Origin: an uncultured Acidobacteriota bacterium
GTDB lineage: Bacteria > Acidobacteriota > Thermoanaerobaculia > UBA5066 > DATFVB01
Direction: 5' to 3'
DNA: 64,000 nt
NCBI GenBank assembly: GCA_963813155.1
Contig: CAWEYG010000003.1
Span: forward strand, 864,001-928,000
Shown: positions 30,362 through 38,811 of the stretch, in pieces
Layout: each line of letters begins with the position of its first letter
Numbering within the stretch: the stretch's first letter is position 1
Translations under genes and position numbers: made by a program
Notes under the pieces: model-generated
Seen by the model: the letters and a program-made list of their open reading frames with translations, nothing else
What the model was told of the DNA's origin: nothing
The model's database searches: none

Positions 30362-30775
30362 TCAGGCTTTTCGTTTGTTTCCGCATTTCGGACAGTATCC
30401 CCGGAATTCCAGCGTGTGTCCCGTGACGACGTAACCCCGCGACTCCACGAGCGGAGCGACCCTCGAATCGCCCCCTTCCGGCTTCGGGAGATCGGAGATG
30501 GAGCCGCATCCGAGACAGACGAAGTGGTAATGCTCCGATAAGTCCGCGTCGTAGCGCGTGGGCTTTCCCCAGGAATCGATCGCCCGAACTCGCCCCTCGC
30601 GTTCCAGCACCTGGAGGTTCCGGTAGACCGTCCCGAGGGAGACGTTCGAAAGCTGCTTCCTCGCTTCCGCGTAGATCCAGTCCGCCGTCGGGTGACGGCT
30701 CGTCGAAGCGACGATGCGAAAGACGATTTCGCGCTGCCGCGTTCGCCTCGTCGGTGCCGGGCCGGAATGTATCAT
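30362..30775 (-). CDS. perR: Fur/PerR family transcriptional regulator
   Basis: TRQR, HPTAD, SLGTVYRNL, HYHFVCLGC, CPKC; upstream of rubrerythrin. Confidence 0.8.
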   Translation of the reverse strand: MIHSGPAPTRRTRQREIVFRIVASTSRHPTADWIYAEARKQLSNVSLGTVYRNLQVLEREGRVRAIDSWGKPTRYDADLSEHYHFVCLGCGSISDLPKPEGGDSRVAPLVESRGYVVTGHTLEFRGYCPKCGNKRKA

Positions 30776-30815
30776 ATCAGTAACTATTACTATTAATAAT
30801 CCACCCGATTGTCAA
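30776..30815 (-). promoter_or_regulatory. sigma70 promoter overlapped by a Fur/Per-box-like AT-rich inverted repeat
   Basis: TTGACA (30810-30815), 17 nt, TAGTAA; imperfect 7-1-7 repeat TAGTAAT-A-GTTACTG; conspicuously AT-rich. Confidence 0.6.
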
Positions 30816-31240
30816 GCGATTTCTTCCGGGCCGTTTGAGCCCGGAATCCGAACGTCGACCCAGACTTCGCGCGAGCGGGGACCGTCGAGCTCGAGAAGGA
30901 AGACTCCCTGCCATCGTCCGAAACGCGGCCGTCCTTCCTCCACGACGAGGATGCGCGAGGTCCCGATCACTTCCGAGAGGAAGTGGGCCGCCGAGTTTCC
31001 CTCCGAATGGCGGAACGGCACGTCGGGAACCCAATTCGCGAGCGCGCGTTCGAGGTCGCCCCCGACGTCCGGGTCCCAGTTCTCGCCCACGGTCACCGCC
31101 GCGGTCGTGTGGGGAACCGAGACCAGCACCCAGCCGGAACGGACTCCGAGCGACGCGATCGCGTTCGACACCTCTTTCGTGACGTCGATCCGGTGGATCT
31201 TCCGATCGCTTCGAATCGAGAACGTTCGACGCATCTCCAC
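30812..31240 (-). CDS. yjbQ: YjbQ/UPF0047 family protein
   Basis: PHTTAA...EN.DPDV, H.EGNSAAH, GRWQG...ELDGPR. Confidence 0.88.
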   Translation of the reverse strand: MEMRRTFSIRSDRKIHRIDVTKEVSNAIASLGVRSGWVLVSVPHTTAAVTVGENWDPDVGGDLERALANWVPDVPFRHSEGNSAAHFLSEVIGTSRILVVEEGRPRFGRWQGVFLLELDGPRSREVWVDVRIPGSNGPEEIA

Positions 31241-31278
31241 TGCCGGAGTCTAACCGCGCTTTGATAAGCTTCGCTGCC

Positions 31279-33309
31279 GTGAAGCTCGCCCCGGCCCGCA
31301 TCCTCCTGGCTGCTTGCTGCCTCCTCCTCGGGTGCGGCCGAAACGTTACCCGCCCCAACGTGCTCCTCGTGACACTCGACACGACGCGCGCCGATCACAT
31401 GAGCTACGCGGGGGGCAGGCCGGGCCTTACCCCGAACCTCGACCGGCTCGCCCGACGCGGAACGTGGTTTTCGACGTGTGTCGCGACGGCGCCCCTCACC
31501 CTTCCCTCCCACGCGAGCATCCTCACTGGCCTCTATCCGTTCCACCACGGAGTCCGAAACAACGGCACCTACACGCTTTCGTCCTCGCACGCGACGCTCG
31601 CGCAGATTCTCCGGCAACACGGCTACGCGACGCACGCCGTGGTCTCCTCGTTCGTCCTCGACCACCAGTTCGGCTTGAACCAGGGCTTCGACGGATACGA
31701 CGACGACCTCGCCGGGGGACGAAAGGAAGAGGACTTCCTGTTCCAGGAAATCACAGCCGATCAAACCGCTTCCAAGGCGATCGCATGGCTTCCCACGCGC
31801 GATCGACGGCGACCATTTTTTCTCTGGCTTCATTTCTTCGATCCTCATGCTCCCTACCACCCCCCCGCCGACCTCTCCCCGGCCGTTGCCGGGGACCCGT
31901 ACTCGGGGGAAATCTTCTTCGCGGACCGCGAATTGGGACGCGTCCTGGAACGCCTTGCCGAGGACGGCGATCTTCGGCGCACGATCGTGATCGCCACCGC
32001 GGACCACGGCGAATCCCTCGGCGAGCACGGAGAAAAGACGCACGGCATTTTCGTGTACGACTCGACGACGCGCGTTCCGTTGCTGTTTGCGGGGCCCGGC
32101 GTGCCGCAAATGCGCGTCGATCGGCTCGTCAGCAACCTGGACATTCCCGCGACCGTATTGGATCTTCTGGGCTATCCCCCGCCTTCAAGCGGGGACGGGT
32201 TCAGCCTGCGCAGGATCTGGAACGGGGAAAGCCGAGCCCCCGTCTTTCTCGAGTCATTCGAGCCCCGGCTGTCCGACAGCTGGTCGGAGCTGCGGGCCGT
32301 GAGGGCGCAGGCCTACAAGGTCATCCGGGCGCCGAGATCGGAGGCCTACGACCTGGAACGGGATCCCGGGGAACGCGACAACGAGCTCAAGCCCGGCAGG
32401 CCGCTGCCCGGCAACGCGCGGTCGCTGTTTGTCGCCCTTGATGCGGCGATCAAGGAGGACCCCTTCTCGCGCGGCGACCAGCAGCCCGGCACCGTCTCGC
32501 AGGAGACCGGAAAGAAGCTCGCCGCCCTCGGGTACCTCGCGGCCGGCACCCACCCGCCTTCCGGTGCCCTTCCCGATCCCAAAGATCGCATCGAGCTCCG
32601 GGAATCAGAGCAGGAAGCACTTGCGCAGATCCGGCCCGGAAGATTCCGCGAGGGCGCCGATCGGCTCGAGGAGATCCTCCGTCGCGACCCGAGCAACGTG
32701 TACCTCCTCGGGACGCTGGCGTACGCCCGGCTTCGCACCGGCGAACTCGACCGGGCCGCGGTCCTGTTCCGGCGGGTGCTCGAGCTCGAGCCAAACGACC
32801 TCCGCGCCCATTTCGGCCTCGCGCGGATCCTCGCGGCGCGGGGCCGGTTCGCCGACGCGGAATCGTTCGTCCGCGAGACAATCGCCTCCCACCCGGAGAA
32901 TTCCGCGGGCTACGAGCAGCTCGGGGAGATCCTCGAAACTCGCCACAACTGCGCAGGAGCCGTGCCCTGGTTCCGGAAAGCCCTCCAGATCGAGCCGCAC
33001 TCCGAGGGAGCCGCATGCGAGCTCGCACACTGTCTGATCCAGCTCGGCGCGTCGCGTGAGGCTCTGTCGCTCCTGGAGGCGGAATTCGCGCACGCTCCCG
33101 GTTCGCACGCGATTGCGTTGAACCTCGGTCTGCTCCGCCTGCAGGCGGGCGACGCCGTCGGAGCGGTCGAGGCCCTGCGGACGGCGACGCGCACCGAGTC
33201 CACGGACCCGCAAGCCTGGTCGGCCCTCGGTCGGGCGCTCGAATCGCTCGGCGACGTCGCCGGCGCACGGGAGTCCCGGGATCGGGCGGCGCGACTCTCG
33301 CCGCCCTGA
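31279..33309 (+). CDS. Sulfatase-like hydrolase with C-terminal TPRs (probable lipoprotein)
   Basis: LLLGC lipobox-like, LDTTRADH, TLPSHASILTG, DPHAPY, ADHGE, LAALGY, TPRs. Confidence 0.85.
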   Translation: MKLAPARILLAACCLLLGCGRNVTRPNVLLVTLDTTRADHMSYAGGRPGLTPNLDRLARRGTWFSTCVATAPLTLPSHASILTGLYPFHHGVRNNGTYTLSSSHATLAQILRQHGYATHAVVSSFVLDHQFGLNQGFDGYDDDLAGGRKEEDFLFQEITADQTASKAIAWLPTRDRRRPFFLWLHFFDPHAPYHPPADLSPAVAGDPYSGEIFFADRELGRVLERLAEDGDLRRTIVIATADHGESLGEHGEKTHGIFVYDSTTRVPLLFAGPGVPQMRVDRLVSNLDIPATVLDLLGYPPPSSGDGFSLRRIWNGESRAPVFLESFEPRLSDSWSELRAVRAQAYKVIRAPRSEAYDLERDPGERDNELKPGRPLPGNARSLFVALDAAIKEDPFSRGDQQPGTVSQETGKKLAALGYLAAGTHPPSGALPDPKDRIELRESEQEALAQIRPGRFREGADRLEEILRRDPSNVYLLGTLAYARLRTGELDRAAVLFRRVLELEPNDLRAHFGLARILAARGRFADAESFVRETIASHPENSAGYEQLGEILETRHNCAGAVPWFRKALQIEPHSEGAACELAHCLIQLGASREALSLLEAEFAHAPGSHAIALNLGLLRLQAGDAVGAVEALRTATRTESTDPQAWSALGRALESLGDVAGARESRDRAARLSPP

Positions 33310-33365
33310 TGCCGGGACTCCGATTGCATCAGGCGGGAACCGGCGCCGCCCGATACAATCACGCG

Positions 33366-36300
33366 ATGAGCTTGAACCTGCGAATTCTCGGCTTCTCGTT
33401 TTCCGACCTCTACGACCCGCGGCGCCTCGCCGCGCTCGACGGCGAGTTCGTGAGCGAGCTCGAGAGCTCCGACCCGGCGCTCGCCGAGGTGCTGAAGGCT
33501 GGCCGGTCCGATCCGGACGCCCTTTCGCCGCTTCAGCTCTCCGACTTTCTCGTTCGTCTCGCCCCGCACGTTTCCCGCTTCCTGGAGAAGATCTTTCCCA
33601 TCTCCGGCGAGCTCGACGCTCTCCGAGAGCGCGCCGCCGACGAAGCGGTTCTCTCGCGATTCAAGCGCGACTTTCTCGTGCGTCGCGTCGCGAAGGCCGC
33701 CCTGCCGGATCTCGCGTCCGTCGATCCTGCAGCCGCCGGCGCCGAGCTCCGGCGCTTCGAGCGCACGCTTTTTCCCGAGCTTCCGTGGGAATCCGACGAA
33801 GAAATCGCGACCGCGCGCATGGGCATCGAGCTCCTCGAGCTCGAGAGCGCGTACGTCGAGGTGCTGAAACAGAAGAAGAAGCCCGAAGTCGCGCCGGAGC
33901 TTCGCGCGAGGTCGGCGGCCCTCGCCCGGCTCGACGGCGAACCCGCCGGGAACACGGCGGAAGCCGAGCTCGACTGGCTGGAGCGGCGCCTTCGATACCT
34001 CGAATCGGCCCTTCGCCTGAGGATGGCGCATCCGGCCTGGCGCAAAGACATCGCGAAATGGTCCTCGTTCCGGCTTCCCGAAAAGATCGTCTACGAATCG
34101 CTTGTCGAGACGGTTCGCCCCGATTCTCTGCTGAACGAACGCCGGGAAGGTCCACCCGCTCACCGCCGCCGCCGCGACGGGTTCAAGCTCACCGACAACC
34201 GGATGAATTCGAGGGAGGTCAGCGCGGAAACCCATTACTGCCTCCTCTGCCACGAGCGCGAAAAAGACTCCTGCTCGAAGGGCTTCGTCGACTCGAAGAC
34301 CGAGACTTTTCAGAAGAATCCCCTCGGGGTCTCGCTCTCCGGCTGTCCGCTCGACGAAAAGATCTCCGAAATGCACCAGCTGCGCCGGATCGGCGATTCG
34401 GTCGCGGCTCTCGCGATCATCTGCGTGGACAACCCGATGTGTCCCGGAACGGGCCACCGGATCTGCAACGACTGCATGAAGGGATGCATCTTCCAGAAGC
34501 AAACCCCCGTGAACATCCCCCAGGCCGAGACCGGCGTGCTGACGGACGTTCTCGATCTTCCGTTCGGGTTCGAGATCTACTCCCTGCTGACCCGCTGGAA
34601 CCCCCTGAACTTGCGCCGCCCGTACGCGCTCCCCTACAACGGCAAGAACGTGCTCGTCGTCGGCCTCGGGCCGGCCGGCTACACGCTCGCCCACTATCTT
34701 CTGAACGAGGGATTCGGCGTCGCGGGCGTCGATGGCCTCAAGATCGAGCCGCTGGATCCCGCCCTGCGGCCCATCGAGAGCTTCAGCGAGCTCAAAAGGG
34801 AGCTGGACGAAAGACCGCTGGGCGGATTCGGCGGAGTCTCCGAGTACGGCATCACGGTGCGCTGGGACAAGAACTTCCTGACGGTCATCCAGCTGACGCT
34901 CGTTCGCCGAAAGACGTTCCGCGCCTACGGCGGCGTCCGGTTCGGCGGAACGGTCACCGCGGAGCAGGCGTTTTCGATGGGCTTCGACCACGTCGCCATC
35001 GCCGCCGGAGCCGGACGGCCGACGATCGTCGGCATGAAGAACAACATGATTCGAGGCATCCGCCAGGCGTCCGACTTCCTCATGGCGCTGCAGCTGACGG
35101 GGGCGTTCAAGAAGAACGGCCTCGCGAACCTGCAGGCGGAGCTGCCGGCCGTCGTCATCGGCGGCGGCCTGACGGCGATCGACACGGCGACCGAGCTCCT
35201 CGCGTACTACCCGCTCGAAGCCGAGAAGACCCTCCGGCAGTACGAGGCGCTCGCGGCCGCCCGGGGAGACGAGCACCTGCGCCAGCACTTCGACGACGAA
35301 GAACGGGAGATCCTCGACCGCCTTCTCGCGCACGGCACGGCCGTGCGAAACGAGAGAGCCCGGGCCGCGGCGGCGGGAGAGACACCTGATCTCGCGAAAC
35401 TCTCCCGCGAATGGGGAGGGGTCACGATCGTCTATCGACGGACGCTCGAGGAGTCGCCCGCCTACCGGCTGAACCACGAGGAGATCATCAAGGCCCTGGA
35501 GGAGGGAATTTCTTTCGTCGAGACGCTCGATCCCCTGGAGGCGGTGCCCGACGAGTTCGGAAAGCTCCGGGCATTGCGCTTCCGGAAGCCCTCCGGCGAG
35601 GTGACGGAGTTTCCGGCGAGGAGCTGCTTCGTGGCGGCCGGGACGACGCCGAATATCACGTACGCGAAGGAACGCCCGGCCTCGATCCCGCTCGACGAAA
35701 AGAAGCGCTTCTTCGAGCCGCACCGCCTGCAGGTCCGTCCGGACGGCGGCCGCGAGCTCGTGGCCTGCCAGGCCAACGATCCGGGCGGGATCTTCACGGG
35801 ATTCCAGCGCGACGGAAAATTCACGACTTTCTTCGGCGACAACCATCCCCGCTACAACGGAAACGTCGTCAAGGCGATGGCTTCCGCGAGGGACGGGTAT
35901 CCCTGGATCGCCGGGCTGTTCGCGGGCGAACTCTCCGCGCTCGACCCCGCCGGACAGCCCGCCCGCGACGGCGCGTGGCGAGACTTTGCGAGCCTGCTCG
36001 ACGACGAATGGGTCGCCCGCGTCGTTCGAGTGGACCGGCTCACGCCGACGATCGTGGAAGTCATCGTTCGCGCGCCGGCGGCCGCCCGCGGATTCCGCCC
36101 GGGCCAGTTCTACCGGCTCCAGAACTTCGAGGCGTCTTCGCCGAAAATCGACGGCGCGCCGCTCCTCATGGAGCCGCTCGCCCTGACGGGGGCCTCGACC
36201 GACCCGAGCCGGGGGCTTCTCTCGATGATCGCGCTCGAGCTCGGCGTCTCGTCGCGGCTCTGCGCGGCCCTGAAGCCCGGCGAGCCCGTCATCGTGATGG

Positions 36301-36986
36301 GTCCGACCGGCTCGCCGACGGAGATCCCCGAAGGGTCCACCGTGATGCTCTGCGGCGGCGGCCTCGGAAATGCCGTTCTGTTCTCCATCGGAAAGGCCTG
36401 CCGGGAGCGCGGAAACCGCGTGATCTACTTCGCCGGCTACAAGAAAGCCGAAGATTTCTACAAGCGCGACGATATCGAAGCCGCGGCCGACGTCGTCGTC
36501 TACTCCGTCGACCGCGGCGAGGGGATCCCTCCCCGGCGCCCGCAGGACCGCTCCCTCGTCGGGAACATCCTCGAGGCGATCGTCGCCTACGCGAAGGGAA
36601 CGCTCGGTGAGCCGCCGATCGACCTCAAACGCGTGGAGAGGATCATCGCGATCGGCTCCGACAGGATGATGGCGGCCGTCACGAAGGCGCGGCACGAGGT
36701 CCTTGCGCCCTTCCTTTCGAAGGCCCACATCGGCATTGCGTCGATCAATTCTCCGATGCAGTGCATGATGAAAGAAGTCTGCGCGCAGTGCCTCCAGAAG
36801 CACCGGGACCCCGCGACGGGAGCCACGAAGGAGATCGTCTTTTCCTGCTACAACCAGGATCAGCTGATGGACGAGATGGACTGGGGACACCTCGCGGCCC
36901 GACTGCGCCAGAACACGGTCGCCGAGAAACTCTCCGGGGGATGGTTCGACCTGATGCTGCAGAAGCAGGACGTCCGGCTCGTCTAA
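33366..36986 (+). CDS. Large FAD/Fe-S oxidoreductase: GltD/NfnB-like region fused to an NfnA/PyrK-like FNR region
   Basis: CLLCH...CP, GHRICNDCMKGC, GLGPAG, GGGLTAID; C-terminal PGQFYRL, MGPTG, GGGLG, CMMKEVCAQC. Confidence 0.85.
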   Translation: MSLNLRILGFSFSDLYDPRRLAALDGEFVSELESSDPALAEVLKAGRSDPDALSPLQLSDFLVRLAPHVSRFLEKIFPISGELDALRERAADEAVLSRFKRDFLVRRVAKAALPDLASVDPAAAGAELRRFERTLFPELPWESDEEIATARMGIELLELESAYVEVLKQKKKPEVAPELRARSAALARLDGEPAGNTAEAELDWLERRLRYLESALRLRMAHPAWRKDIAKWSSFRLPEKIVYESLVETVRPDSLLNERREGPPAHRRRRDGFKLTDNRMNSREVSAETHYCLLCHEREKDSCSKGFVDSKTETFQKNPLGVSLSGCPLDEKISEMHQLRRIGDSVAALAIICVDNPMCPGTGHRICNDCMKGCIFQKQTPVNIPQAETGVLTDVLDLPFGFEIYSLLTRWNPLNLRRPYALPYNGKNVLVVGLGPAGYTLAHYLLNEGFGVAGVDGLKIEPLDPALRPIESFSELKRELDERPLGGFGGVSEYGITVRWDKNFLTVIQLTLVRRKTFRAYGGVRFGGTVTAEQAFSMGFDHVAIAAGAGRPTIVGMKNNMIRGIRQASDFLMALQLTGAFKKNGLANLQAELPAVVIGGGLTAIDTATELLAYYPLEAEKTLRQYEALAAARGDEHLRQHFDDEEREILDRLLAHGTAVRNERARAAAAGETPDLAKLSREWGGVTIVYRRTLEESPAYRLNHEEIIKALEEGISFVETLDPLEAVPDEFGKLRALRFRKPSGEVTEFPARSCFVAAGTTPNITYAKERPASIPLDEKKRFFEPHRLQVRPDGGRELVACQANDPGGIFTGFQRDGKFTTFFGDNHPRYNGNVVKAMASARDGYPWIAGLFAGELSALDPAGQPARDGAWRDFASLLDDEWVARVVRVDRLTPTIVEVIVRAPAAARGFRPGQFYRLQNFEASSPKIDGAPLLMEPLALTGASTDPSRGLLSMIALELGVSSRLCAALKPGEPVIVMGPTGSPTEIPEGSTVMLCGGGLGNAVLFSIGKACRERGNRVIYFAGYKKAEDFYKRDDIEAAADVVVYSVDRGEGIPPRRPQDRSLVGNILEAIVAYAKGTLGEPPIDLKRVERIIAIGSDRMMAAVTKARHEVLAPFLSKAHIGIASINSPMQCMMKEVCAQCLQKHRDPATGATKEIVFSCYNQDQLMDEMDWGHLAARLRQNTVAEKLSGGWFDLMLQKQDVRLV

Positions 36987-36989
36987 CGC

Positions 36990-37140
36990 GCGAGCGAAGG
37001 CTCTGAAGGGGTGACGGCGGCCAGGGACCCAGCGGAACCCGCAGGCCGCCCGACACACCAACTCACAAAGGAGCCGAAGTGACCCGTGCCGAGGATTTCC
37101 GCGGGGTGGCCGCCGGCAGGACCCCGGAAGAGTCGAGCGA
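36990..37140. other. Structured intergenic region between convergent genes
   Basis: GGCTC/GAGCC (36999/37071), GGTG/CACC, GGCGGCC/GGCCGCC (37016/37044), second hairpin CGGGGT/ACCCCG. Confidence 0.4.
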
Positions 37141-37142
37141 CC

Positions 37143-38087
37143 CTACGGCCCGAAGAGGAAGACCAGGTAGGGGTTCACGGCGAGGCCGCGGTGGAAGTCG
37201 GGGATGTCTTCGGGAAGGCGGGTCACCGAGAAGTGCAGGTGGGCTCCGTGGGCGTTGCCCGTCGCGCCGACGTAACCGAGCAGCTCGCCCTTGCGGACCT
37301 TCTCCCCCGCCGCGAGACCGCGAGCAAACCGGGTCAGGTGGCAGTAGTAGAACAGGTACCGGTTCGAGGCGTCCCGAAGGTAGATCGCGTTGCCGCCCCT
37401 CTTCTCCCGAGCGGCCCGGACCACTTCTCCGTCGGCCACCGCGAGCACGGGCGTGCCCTTCGGGGCTCCGATGTCGAGCGCCAGATGCTGGCGGGAATGC
37501 CGGCGGGTGCCGCGGGGGTCGAGGAACGAATCCCGCAGCTCGTCGCGCGTGACGCCCTCGACCGGGATCTGAAGGTTCATCGAGATCAGCTCCTCGAGGT
37601 ACCCGTCTTCCGGCAGGAGGCTCGTCTGCGTGGACTTGGGCCGGAACAGATCCCCGACGTTCTTCACGGCCGTCATCAGGTGATTCAGGGGCGTCGGTTT
37701 CTTCGAAAGGCTCTCCGCCGGAACTTCCTCCAGGTTCGCCCCGTCGTCCCCGTCTTCCTCGCAGGTTCCTGCGGCAATCTCCTGGGGCGTGCACTCCCGG
37801 TCCTCCTCGTGGACGTCCACGACGGCAATCTGCTCGATCACGTCATCCTTCGGGACGGCCTTCGGAACGGGCGCTTCCTTCAAACCGGCGGGGCGGCTGG
37901 GGCCGAACGGCTCGAAAGTGGAGATGCCATCCGGCCGCGGCTCGCCAAGAGCGGCCCTCGACCGCTTCAAATTCAGAGATTTGGATTTCTTGGACCGCGA
38001 AACACGGGATTTCGAAGCGGATGCCGCAACCGGGAGGGCGAGGAAAATAATGAGTATGGGGGCGAGAACGACTCGTCTCGTCTGCAC
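37143..38087 (-). CDS. M23 family metallopeptidase
   Basis: HLALD, GTPVLAVADG, YCHL, GATGNA...HLHF, VNPY; N-terminal signal/TM; GTG start. Confidence 0.85.
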   Translation of the reverse strand: MQTRRVVLAPILIIFLALPVAASASKSRVSRSKKSKSLNLKRSRAALGEPRPDGISTFEPFGPSRPAGLKEAPVPKAVPKDDVIEQIAVVDVHEEDRECTPQEIAAGTCEEDGDDGANLEEVPAESLSKKPTPLNHLMTAVKNVGDLFRPKSTQTSLLPEDGYLEELISMNLQIPVEGVTRDELRDSFLDPRGTRRHSRQHLALDIGAPKGTPVLAVADGEVVRAAREKRGGNAIYLRDASNRYLFYYCHLTRFARGLAAGEKVRKGELLGYVGATGNAHGAHLHFSVTRLPEDIPDFHRGLAVNPYLVFLFGP

Positions 38088-38169
38088 TCGGGGATTATGG
38101 CGAACCAACAGCCGCCGATCAACAAAAAACGACCCCCAAGTGGTGTTTTTTTGAATGCAAAAAGGATGC

Positions 38170-38730
38170 CTAGGCCCGTTCGAGGTAGGTGTCTTCCCGC
38201 GTATCGATCTTGACGACGGTCCCGGCCTCGACGAACTGGGGAACATTGACGACGAGCCCGGTCTCGAGCTTCGCCGGCTTGTACGAGGCGGAGGCGGTCG
38301 CGCCCTTCATTCCCGGCTGGGTCTCCACGACCCGGAGATTCACCGTGTTCGGCAGCTCGACGCCGACGGGATTTCCCTCGTAGAAGTCGACCGAGATCGC
38401 CGTGTTCGGAAGAAGGTATTTCATCGAGTCGCCGACGACGTCGTCCGGAAGAGTGATCTGGTCGTAGGACTCCTGGTTCATGAAGTGATGCCCCGACGGA
38501 TCGGAGTACAGGTACTCCATCTCGTGGGTGTCGAGCGAGGCCTTTTCGAGCCGGTCGCTCGAGGAAAAACGGTGGTCGATCATCGAGCCGTTTCGAAGGT
38601 TCCGCATCCGAACCTGCATGAAGGCCCGGAGGTTCCCGGGGGTCCGGTGGGAAGCCTCGTGCACTCGGTGAAGCTCGCCGTTGTAGATGACGATCATGCC
38701 GTTGCGAATCTGCGTTGCGGGTATATTCAT
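38170..38730 (-). CDS. efp: Elongation factor P
   Basis: HRTPGNLRAF loop, EYLY, KPAKLETG, VPQF, DTR. Confidence 0.95.
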   Translation of the reverse strand: MNIPATQIRNGMIVIYNGELHRVHEASHRTPGNLRAFMQVRMRNLRNGSMIDHRFSSSDRLEKASLDTHEMEYLYSDPSGHHFMNQESYDQITLPDDVVGDSMKYLLPNTAISVDFYEGNPVGVELPNTVNLRVVETQPGMKGATASASYKPAKLETGLVVNVPQFVEAGTVVKIDTREDTYLERA

Positions 38731-38760
38731 CTCAGCTCCAAAGGGGCGCCAATCTAACAC

Positions 38761-38785
38761 AAAAAAAGGCCCGCCGAAGCGGGCC
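38761..38785 (-). terminator. Rho-independent terminator after the SGNH hydrolase gene
   Basis: GGCCCGC-TTCG-GCGGGCC followed by T7 on the minus strand. Confidence 0.85.
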
Positions 38786-38811
38786 GCTTTGGATTCGGTG
38801 ACGAGAAACTC

